Shown: positions 1 through 6,485 of the stretch, one piece after another
Layout of the letters: every line of letters starts with the position of its first letter
Position numbering within the stretch: the stretch's first letter is position 1
DNA from: Candidatus Saccharimonadota bacterium
GTDB lineage: Bacteria > Patescibacteriota > Saccharimonadia > Saccharimonadales > Saccharimonadaceae
NCBI GenBank assembly: GCA_023898645.1
Contig: CP060232.1
Span: 810,001 to 842,000, forward strand
Reading direction: 5' to 3'
DNA: 32,000 bases
Position numbers and translations under genes: made by a program
The notes under the pieces: generated by a model
What the model saw: only the letters and a program-made list of their open reading frames with translations
What the model was told of the DNA's origin: nothing
The model's database searches: none

Positions 1-159
1 AAACTCGATGCAATCATAAAAAATACCTACCGGACGCTCATGACGCGCGGGCAAAAGGGCTGCTATGTATACTGCACAGATCCTGAGACTGCAGCGTATT
101 TACGTTCGATGATACGAGTCAATCAGGAGAATAGCTTAGCTGATTTTTCTAGGTCGTGA
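1..159 (+). CDS. 3' end of a DUF2075-type P-loop NTPase/helicase-like protein (5' part outside window)
   Basis: Frame 1 is open from the window edge to TGA at 157-159. The translation ...NTYRTLMTRGQKGCYVYCTDPETAAYL... parallels the C-terminal NAYRVLLTRARQGMVIFIP block of the next gene. Confidence 0.6.
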   Translation, partial: KLDAIIKNTYRTLMTRGQKGCYVYCTDPETAAYLRSMIRVNQENSLADFSRS

Positions 160-202
160 CGCGCACAAAGTAGACGTATGGGGCAGTATACACTACTGAT
201 GA

Positions 203-208
203 TATAAT
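203..208 (+). promoter_or_regulatory. -10 box TATAAT 6 nt upstream of ATG 215 (leaderless-type start)
   Basis: gaTATAATacgtgcATG read directly. No Shine-Dalgarno sequence lies between the box and the start. Confidence 0.45.
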
Positions 209-214
209 ACGTGC

Positions 215-2203
215 ATGAGAGCCTGGTGCCGCAATAGTGTTTCTGAATTCTTACTCGAAAATATCAATAGTGTCATAGGCGAGCTGGCAACATCTAGCGT
301 TAATGATGGTTTTGACGTAGAACAACTGCAAAACGATTCATGGCGATATGAAATATCAAATCTCCAAGAAATCTTACCAGCGAATATCCCATGCCATATT
401 TTTTTTGAGTTCAACATTCCTCGTATGGGCCGAAGGATTGACGCCGTATTACTTGGGCCGAATTTTCCGTACGTTTTTGTAATTGAATATAAAGTGGGCG
501 CCGATAAGTTCATGAGATCCGATATTAATCAGGTGCATGATTACGCATTAGAACTCAAGAACTTTCACAAGGGAAGTCACAAATCGACTATTATCCCAAT
601 CTTGGTCGCAACGGAAGCGGAAGATACCGAATTTAACATCAAATATGCTGTTGACAATATAGCAGAACCTATATGCGTGAATCCGGACGGCCTAAAACGG
701 GTGATCGACGGCTTTGCTTTCGAAGGTCAAGTTGATGGCCTAGATTGGGAAAATGCACCATATGAACCAACACCTACGATAATTGAAGCAGCGCGCGCGC
801 TTTACCGCGACCAAAAAGTCGAGGATATCACGCGAAGCGAAGGGGGCTCAGAAAACATCAAGTCTACTTCATCTCGCGTTTCGGATATTATTAATGATTC
901 ACGAATTAATAACAAAAAGACCATTATATTTGTCACAGGCGTACCTGGCGCGGGCAAAACACTCGTGGGCCTAAACATCGCAACTCAAAAACGGCAAAAT
1001 ACTACCGATCATGCTGTCTATCTATCGGGTAACGGTCCATTAGTTGAGGTCTTGCAAGAAGCTCTTGCGCGGGATGATGTAAAACAAACCGGTGTCAAAA
1101 AGGGTAGTGCCGTCACCAAAGCGAAAACATTCATACAGAATATACACCACTTCCGCGACGAGGCTCTTAGATCCGACACTCCACCCTCGGAGCATGTTGC
1201 TATTTTTGACGAAGCACAACGGGCCTGGAACCGTGAACAAACAAGCAATTTCATGCGCCGCAAAAAAGGCGTTCCAGATTTCGATGCTGCCGAATCAGAG
1301 TATCTGATATCATACATGGATCGACACAAGGACTGGGCTACGATTGTTTGCTTAGTTGGGGGTGGTCAGGAGATTAACGTAGGAGAATCCGGCATTTCAG
1401 CTTGGATAGAATCAATTTTCACAAAGTTTCCAAACTGGAATATTGCGATTTCAGACAAATTGCATGACAAAGAATATGCACTACCAGAAGAAATAAACGA
1501 AGAGCTTTATTCGTCACAAAGCGTTTCGGTATTTTCAGAACTTCATCTTGGCGTATCGATGCGCTCATTCAGGGCAGAAAATGTGTCCAGTTTCGTCAAA
1601 GCACTACTCGACCTCAACCACGATCAGGCCAAAGACTACCTAGAAAAGTTTAATGAAAAGTATCCAATAGTAATCACTAGGGATCTAATGGAAGCAAAAA
1701 AATGGGTACGCAAAAAAGCGCGCGGTACCGAGAGGTATGGATTAGTCGCCTCATCCAAAGCTATGCGACTAAAACCATTTGCAATAGATGTAAAATCAGA
1801 GGCAAAGCCAATACACTATTTTCTAGATGGTAGTGATGATTTACGCTCGTCATATTTCCTGGAATCTGCAGCTACGGAATACCAAATACAAGGTCTCGAA
1901 CTAGACTGGACAATAGTAGGATGGGACGCTGATTTACGACTAGTTAATGATAGATGGTCATACCACGATTTCAAGGGTCATAAGTGGCTAAACATCCACA
2001 AAGAAGACAATCGTGTATTTTTGAAGAATGCATATAGAGTACTCTTAACTAGGGCTCGTCAAGGAATGGTTATTTTTATACCTTATGGAAACTATCCGCC
2101 AGATGAGTCACGGCTCCCTGGTTTTTATGACGAAACCTTCGCTTACTTAAAATCGCTTGGGATCCCAGAGCTGCAGTCGTCTGAAATCGATATCGGCTAC
2201 TAA
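215..2203 (+). CDS. NERD/PD-(D/E)xK-like nuclease domain fused to DUF2075 P-loop NTPase (SF1 helicase-like)
   Basis: 662-aa ORF. N-terminal RIDAVLL...VFVIEYKVG gives a D...ExK signature. Walker A is GVPGAGKT and a Walker B-like block is VAIFDEAQRAW. The C-terminal YRVLLTRARQGMVIF block is typical of DUF2075 proteins. Confidence 0.8.
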   Translation: MRAWCRNSVSEFLLENINSVIGELATSSVNDGFDVEQLQNDSWRYEISNLQEILPANIPCHIFFEFNIPRMGRRIDAVLLGPNFPYVFVIEYKVGADKFMRSDINQVHDYALELKNFHKGSHKSTIIPILVATEAEDTEFNIKYAVDNIAEPICVNPDGLKRVIDGFAFEGQVDGLDWENAPYEPTPTIIEAARALYRDQKVEDITRSEGGSENIKSTSSRVSDIINDSRINNKKTIIFVTGVPGAGKTLVGLNIATQKRQNTTDHAVYLSGNGPLVEVLQEALARDDVKQTGVKKGSAVTKAKTFIQNIHHFRDEALRSDTPPSEHVAIFDEAQRAWNREQTSNFMRRKKGVPDFDAAESEYLISYMDRHKDWATIVCLVGGGQEINVGESGISAWIESIFTKFPNWNIAISDKLHDKEYALPEEINEELYSSQSVSVFSELHLGVSMRSFRAENVSSFVKALLDLNHDQAKDYLEKFNEKYPIVITRDLMEAKKWVRKKARGTERYGLVASSKAMRLKPFAIDVKSEAKPIHYFLDGSDDLRSSYFLESAATEYQIQGLELDWTIVGWDADLRLVNDRWSYHDFKGHKWLNIHKEDNRVFLKNAYRVLLTRARQGMVIFIPYGNYPPDESRLPGFYDETFAYLKSLGIPELQSSEIDIGY

Positions 2204-2230
2204 AAAGTTTAATCTAGTAAGCGGCTCTCT

Positions 2231-2290
2231 GGGGATACAGGGTCTAACCCTAAACAGATAGGGGATACAGGGTCTAACCCTAAACAGATA
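2231..2290 (+). repeat. Perfect 2 x 30-bp tandem repeat ggggatacagggtctaaccctaaacagata, each copy carrying a small hairpin (aGGGTctaACCCt)
   Basis: Copies at 2231-2260 and 2261-2290 are identical. Confidence 0.95.
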
Positions 2291-2321
2291 GAATAACTCC
2301 GATTTTTGATATACTGCGTAT

Positions 2322-2912
2322 ATGCCGTCACGCAATACTGTCCGTCAATACGATGCGCCCGCTTATTATCATGTGTATAATCGCGGTGCCGGCGGGATGG
2401 CGATCTTTCGGGACGCTCAAGACAAGCATAAATTCTTAGACCTCTTGCGGAGATATCTCAGTGACGATCCGGATTATGCCAGTTATCCGACATACGACAT
2501 TGAACTTGTTGCATTCTGTATCATGGAGAATCATTTTCACATGCTGCTTTTTCAAGAGCATGATCCGACCTCTATCACACAGTTGATGCGATCCGTATCC
2601 ACTGCTTACTCTATGTACTACAATCTGAAATACAAGTCGCACGGGCACGTTTTTCAAAGTGTTTTCAAGGCATCTAGAATCACCGAAGAGCCGTACCTCG
2701 CACACATTTCGAGGTATATACACCTCAACCCAGAAACGTATAAAACCTACAAGTGGTCGAGCTTGCCATACTACCTGGGCACAAAACCTCCCGATTGGGT
2801 AAAGCCTGACCGCTTGCTCGATATGCAGCCGGCAGCCTACGAACAATTTCTCGAAGACTACGAGGATCGACGAGAGCTCTTAAAAGAAATAGGCGAGCAG
2901 TTAGCACAATAA
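2322..2912 (+). CDS. HUH/Y1 tyrosine transposase, REP-associated (RAYT) / IS200-like TnpA family
   Basis: 196 aa. YHVYNRG, the HUH motif MENHFHMLL, and the catalytic-Tyr region SRYIHLNP are present. TATACT at 2310-2315 lies 6 nt before the ATG. Confidence 0.85.
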   Translation: MPSRNTVRQYDAPAYYHVYNRGAGGMAIFRDAQDKHKFLDLLRRYLSDDPDYASYPTYDIELVAFCIMENHFHMLLFQEHDPTSITQLMRSVSTAYSMYYNLKYKSHGHVFQSVFKASRITEEPYLAHISRYIHLNPETYKTYKWSSLPYYLGTKPPDWVKPDRLLDMQPAAYEQFLEDYEDRRELLKEIGEQLAQ

Positions 2913-2934
2913 TATGAAATTCGTACTTATTATC

Positions 2935-2954
2935 TCTGTTTAGGGTTAGACCCT
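2935..2954 (-). repeat. Inverted copy of the REP-like 20-nt core (right end of the RAYT unit)
   Basis: Exact reverse complement of 2239-2258 and 2269-2288. Confidence 0.9.
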
Positions 2955-3005
2955 ATAGTTTACGACGGGCCAACTGCAGAGTATACCCCAGGTATACTCA
3001 ACATA

Positions 3006-4838
3006 TTGGCTCGAGAACATGTAAAGGCGACTTTCTTTATGACTGGCGTCGACATCGTAGATAATCCAGATTTGGTAAAAAGAATTATTAGCGAAGGCCA
3101 TGCCATCGGTAATCATACTTTGACCCATATCGATTTCGACGAGCATAGCGACTTACGCAATCGCGAAGAGTTAATAGGAAACGATCGCCTCATTCGGGCT
3201 ATCGGCGACTATTCAACTAGATTGTTCAGAATGCCATACGGCGATCCGGACAATAACGTACTTGCGTTGCTGCAGTCTCAACAACTTGGCTATGTCCATA
3301 TTGATGACGACCTCGACAGCAAAGACTGGTCGTATGCACCTGGTGAAAAAGTTCCGACTCCACAGCTCGATGGAAAGGGCTACGTAGTACTCATGCACGA
3401 TGGCGGTGGAGACAGGACCGCAACCGAGCATATGCTAGAAAAGCTTATCAAGGAAGCTAAACAAATGGGATACACGTTCAGTACGGTAGCAGACATGCTA
3501 CCACAGGAACTAAAACCCCACACGTATGACGCATCCTTTAATCCTGACAAAATAACCCTGCACATACTTCAGGCAATCTGGGTACTGCCAGGTAAATTGT
3601 TGGGGTGGCTTTTCTGGCTTGGAGTAAGCACCCTGACGATCATGTCGGTGCTTTACTTGACTCTAGCACTCTACAACAATCGGCAGCGCAACAAGCTCCG
3701 CTGGACACGAGTGCTAGACAAGGATATGCCCTACGTAAGTGCCGTCATTGCGGCATACAACGAAGCGAAGGTCATAACAAAGACCCTTGATGCGTTGCGT
3801 GCTAGCGACTACCCTCAGTCAAAGCTTGAGGTAATAGTTGTTAATGACGGCTCTCAAGATGAGACGCTAGCAATAGTCGAAGACTATGCGCGCAAATGGC
3901 CACAATTGCGAGTGATAAACCAGCCTAACAACGGTAAATCATCCGCGATTAATAACGGCATAGCAAATGCGCGACCAGAGTCGAATATTATTGTAACGCT
4001 CGATGCGGACACGTTGTTTATGCCACAGACGATTCGCCTGATGGTGCGCCATTTCGTGAGAAATAGCCACCAAAAGGATTTCACACCTGTGGGGGCGGTC
4101 GCAGGCCATATCAAGGTCGGCAACCGCCGAAACATCATAACCGCATGGCAGAGCCTGGAATACATTTCTGGCATCTGCGTCACCCGACTAGCCGAGGATG
4201 CAATTGGCGCAATCGCCATTGTACCTGGTGCATGTTCGGCTTGGAACCGGCACGCACTAGAGCAAATCGGTGGATTATCCGAAGACACGTTGGCCGAGGA
4301 CGCCGACGCAACACTCACGCTACACAAGCATGGGTACAGGATACTCCAAGACAACGAAGCAGTAGCCTACACTGAAGCTCCGGAATCAATCCGGACTTTG
4401 GCAAAGCAACGCTTGCGATGGACATTCGGCAACATCCAGGTGCTATGGAAGCACAAATCAATGATGCTACGTCCAAAGTACGGCTTGCTCGGCATGGTAG
4501 CGCTACCGTATTCACTCCTTTCGTTGCTGATACCATTGGCATTCCTACCGCTAATGGTCTTGGCTGCCGCTACAAGTTTGATGAGCGGTAACTGGTTAAG
4601 TATCGTGTTGTTTGCGTCATTTGTGATGGCGCTCCATATGGCCACTTCGACCATTGCAATAGCAGTGGCTCGCGAGCGAGCTTGGCATCTGTTTGTCGTA
4701 CCGATCTACAGACTGATTTATGAGCCACTGAGGGCATACTTGTTGTATGCATCCCTCATGCGAATACTCAGAGGAACATCGGCCAAATGGAACAAGCTGG
4801 AACGTCTAAATAGCGCATCACTACAGTTCGAGGGATAA
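3006..4838 (+). CDS. Bifunctional polysaccharide deacetylase (NodB/CE4) - family 2 glycosyltransferase (processive synthase type), apparently 5'-truncated
   Basis: 610-aa ORF with a TTG start; the next ATG is at 3039. NodB motifs HTLTH, RMPYG, DSKDW and VLMHD are present, but motif 1 (TFDDG) is not inside the ORF. TM segments follow, then a GT2 domain with AAYNE, VVNDGSQD, LDADT and QRLRW, then C-terminal TM helices. Confidence 0.85.
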   Translation: MAREHVKATFFMTGVDIVDNPDLVKRIISEGHAIGNHTLTHIDFDEHSDLRNREELIGNDRLIRAIGDYSTRLFRMPYGDPDNNVLALLQSQQLGYVHIDDDLDSKDWSYAPGEKVPTPQLDGKGYVVLMHDGGGDRTATEHMLEKLIKEAKQMGYTFSTVADMLPQELKPHTYDASFNPDKITLHILQAIWVLPGKLLGWLFWLGVSTLTIMSVLYLTLALYNNRQRNKLRWTRVLDKDMPYVSAVIAAYNEAKVITKTLDALRASDYPQSKLEVIVVNDGSQDETLAIVEDYARKWPQLRVINQPNNGKSSAINNGIANARPESNIIVTLDADTLFMPQTIRLMVRHFVRNSHQKDFTPVGAVAGHIKVGNRRNIITAWQSLEYISGICVTRLAEDAIGAIAIVPGACSAWNRHALEQIGGLSEDTLAEDADATLTLHKHGYRILQDNEAVAYTEAPESIRTLAKQRLRWTFGNIQVLWKHKSMMLRPKYGLLGMVALPYSLLSLLIPLAFLPLMVLAAATSLMSGNWLSIVLFASFVMALHMATSTIAIAVARERAWHLFVVPIYRLIYEPLRAYLLYASLMRILRGTSAKWNKLERLNSASLQFEG

Positions 4839-4849
4839 CACCCGAGAAC

Positions 4850-4888
4850 GGGGGCTTGTATAGCAAAAACTATACAAGCCCCCTTTTC
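4850..4888 (+). terminator. Rho-independent terminator
   Basis: A perfect 14-bp stem (gggggcttgtatag / ctatacaagccccc) with loop caaaaa is followed by ttttc. Confidence 0.85.
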
Positions 4889-4992
4889 ATTGAAAATAAT
4901 AAGTTCTAGTGAACGGTTTTCCTGATAGATACGTCAAAGAATCGGTACTAGTGTAATCGAAATCGAGTAGCCGTTTCTGCTACCATAGCTAT

Positions 4993-5325
4993 ATGCAAAA
5001 ACAAGTCGCTAGAAAAATTATTCGGATTAGCTGGATAGCATTTGGTTTAGCCCTGGCATTGTGGCAACTTGATCCTACCAACCAGTTTGTTATAGACGTA
5101 GTTACAAAGTTTGGACTTTTTGCGTTTTTCACACTTGTAGGCGCCACAATAGCCGTAAACGTTCGCTCGCAAAGCGACAAGAAAGACCCAGAATATGCCA
5201 GCGCGCCACCGCTTCCGACCATCGGCACTGCCATACAAAAATCATTTATGTACGTGATAATACCTGGGATCCTACTGACCGTTATTTTCTTTGCCGTGGC
5301 ATACGCACTTGGCTGGCGCCCGTAG
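4993..5325 (+). CDS. Small integral membrane protein (about 3 TM helices), unknown function
   Basis: 110-aa ORF with hydrophobic stretches WIAFGLALALW, FGLFAFFTLVGATIAV and VIIPGILLTVIFFAVAYAL. It was preferred over the antisense ORF. Confidence 0.55.
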   Translation: MQKQVARKIIRISWIAFGLALALWQLDPTNQFVIDVVTKFGLFAFFTLVGATIAVNVRSQSDKKDPEYASAPPLPTIGTAIQKSFMYVIIPGILLTVIFFAVAYALGWRP

Positions 5326-5399
5326 AAGGCGCATGGCGCAACCATAATGAGCTACGCCAAAATACATAGCTCGACGCTCAAGAACTTTGCTCAAACACT

Positions 5400-5408
5400 T
5401 GCTATAAT
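5400..5408 (+). promoter_or_regulatory. Extended -10 TGcTATAAT, 6 nt before ATG 5415
   Basis: ctTGcTATAATataaatATG read directly; no SD. Confidence 0.55.
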
Positions 5409-5414
5409 ATAAAT

Positions 5415-5627
5415 ATGACCAAAGAACCAAAACGACTCTACCGTTCGCGCAAGGATCGCATGATTGCGGGTGTGTGTGGCGGCATAGCCGAGTATTTCAA
5501 TATCGACCCTGTAATCGTCCGCGTCATCGCAATTCTTCTGCTTTTCCCGGGCGGACTACCAGGCCTCGTTCCATACCTTGTGCTATGGATCATAGTGCCC
5601 GAAAACCCAAGACAAAAAAAGCAATAA
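5415..5627 (+). CDS. PspC domain-containing small membrane protein
   Basis: 70 aa. LYRSRKDRMIAGVCGGIAEYFNIDPVIVRVIAILL is the classic PspC-domain signature, followed by a TM helix. Confidence 0.85.
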   Translation: MTKEPKRLYRSRKDRMIAGVCGGIAEYFNIDPVIVRVIAILLLFPGGLPGLVPYLVLWIIVPENPRQKKQ

Positions 5628-5643
5628 TTAACCAAGATAGAAA

Positions 5644-5673
5644 AAAGCCGCGCAGTATAAGCCGCGCGGCTTT
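5644..5673. terminator. Bidirectional intrinsic terminator between convergent genes
   Basis: Stem aaagccgcgc / gcgcggcttt, flanked by an A-run upstream and a T-run downstream. Confidence 0.7.
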
Positions 5674-5694
5674 GTAGTAGGAAAGGTACGAGGT

Positions 5695-5958
5695 TCAAAG
5701 ATCTTCGTCGTCAGTGCTGGGCCGATTGTCTCGACTCAAGCGTGGTACTGCGCCTTTTGTCAACGCAATCACAACGATGGCTAGCGCGTATAGCGCCACT
5801 GCACCGAAAAACACAGTCAGTCTGTCGCCGTATGATTGCGATGCATCAGGTGGCAGTGTAGCCGCATAGGCAATCCCGGCAGAAGCCGCGACAATCATCA
5901 CGACGTTGAGCCAGCCTTGCCATGCAAAGGGCGGCCGCTTTTTAGGATTTTGTGTCAT
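5695..5958 (-). CDS. Small 2-TM membrane protein with acidic C-terminus (paralogue of 15510-15809)
   Basis: 87 aa counted from internal Met 70 of ORF 5695-6165. The longer form overlaps the upstream gene and is Arg-rich with no recognisable features. Shared blocks with the paralogue are QGWL..., LPP and ...D(D/E)ED(L/F). Confidence 0.6.
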   Translation of the reverse strand: MTQNPKKRPPFAWQGWLNVVMIVAASAGIAYAATLPPDASQSYGDRLTVFFGAVALYALAIVVIALTKGAVPRLSRDNRPSTDDEDL

Positions 5959-5978
5959 GATCAGAAACGTGTCCAATC

Positions 5979-6251
5979 TCACTCGTCGACATAGTGATGC
6001 CGGGCTTCCAGCAACTCCTCGTCGTGCTCTAGCTGCCGTTCCCTCATGGGATGACGCAAGGCCAGCACTACGTACACGGTGAGGAAAGTCAACGCGCCGA
6101 CCGTAGCGTCGTTTGTCAGGTATCCTGCGAAAAACGACACGACACCCGGAACGACCGGAAACCACATGAGCTTACGCTCATATACGCTTACGATCACCAT
6201 GATTACCACGGTTGTCAGACCAGCCCTGAGGACTGCTTCCCACAAACTCAT
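5979..6251 (-). CDS. Small membrane protein, unknown function
   Basis: 90 aa counted from Met 14 of ORF 5979-6290. AAGGAG lies 5 nt upstream of this ATG on the minus strand. TM stretches are present. Confidence 0.6.
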   Translation of the reverse strand: MSLWEAVLRAGLTTVVIMVIVSVYERKLMWFPVVPGVVSFFAGYLTNDATVGALTFLTVYVVLALRHPMRERQLEHDEELLEARHHYVDE

Positions 6252-6390
6252 CTTTGCTCCTTGTTTCAGAACGTTAGCATACGAACGCATGCCAATGGTA
6301 TATTTTTATCACATTTTCACTAAAAATTCAAATAACTAGCAGCCCTTGCGCTTTATTTACTGCTGAGATTACATTTAACAAAATTAATAG

Positions 6391-6420
6391 TTGCAATATT
6401 TGGTGCATGAGGCGTACAAT
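6391..6420 (+). promoter_or_regulatory. Candidate sigma70-type promoter TTGCAA-18 nt-TACAAT for the prkA operon
   Basis: TTGCAA at 6391-6396 and TACAAT at 6415-6420. The -10 hexamer lies inside copy 1 of the duplicated module. Confidence 0.45.
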
Positions 6421-6476
6421 TGCTAGCAATACTCAAGGGGAAAGTATAAGCGTACAATTGCTAGCAATACTCAAGG
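6412..6476 (+). promoter_or_regulatory. Duplicated 27-nt module (period 38 bp), each copy containing TACAAT and the 12-bp palindrome ATTGCTAGCAAT: candidate tandem promoter/operator
   Basis: gcgtacaattgctagcaatactcaagg occurs at 6412-6438 and identically at 6450-6476. The palindromes are at 6419-6430 and 6457-6468. Confidence 0.6.
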
Positions 6477-6485
6477 AGGAGACAT

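Larger units (their letters stand above)
2231..2954 (+). mobile_element. RAYT/IS200-like unit: Y1 transposase gene bracketed by inverted REP-like hairpin repeats
   Basis: The 20-nt core agggtctaaccctaaacaga occurs at 2239-2258 and 2269-2288. Its exact reverse complement tctgtttagggttagaccct occurs at 2935-2954. Together they bracket ORF 2322-2912. Confidence 0.65.

Noticed and set aside
193-513. 106-aa minus-strand ORF overlapping the start of the DUF2075 gene.
   Set aside because: It is antisense to a well-supported gene and its promoter, with no signals of its own.
2231-2290. The two 30-bp direct repeats could be a minimal CRISPR array.
   Set aside because: The copies are directly adjacent with no spacer. 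There are only two of them, and an inverted copy flanks the other side of a Y1 transposase gene. No cas genes are present.
3884-4654. Antisense and alternative-frame ORFs within the GT2 domain region (3884-4354 minus, 4145-4375 plus, 4315-4654 minus).
   Set aside because: They overlap the QRLRW/DAD-motif glycosyltransferase frame and have no start-site signals or recognisable motifs.
4989-5345. 118-aa minus-strand ORF fully overlapping the 110-aa plus-strand membrane protein.
   Set aside because: The plus-strand product has three clean TM helices with charged loops and follows the upstream terminator in the same orientation. The minus-strand product is partly hydrophobic too, so this choice has only moderate confidence.
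5959-6165. N-terminal 69-aa extension of ORF 5695-6165.
   Set aside because: The extension is Arg-rich with no recognisable features and overlaps the upstream membrane-protein gene (5979-6251) in another frame. The paralogue at 15510-15809 supports the short form.
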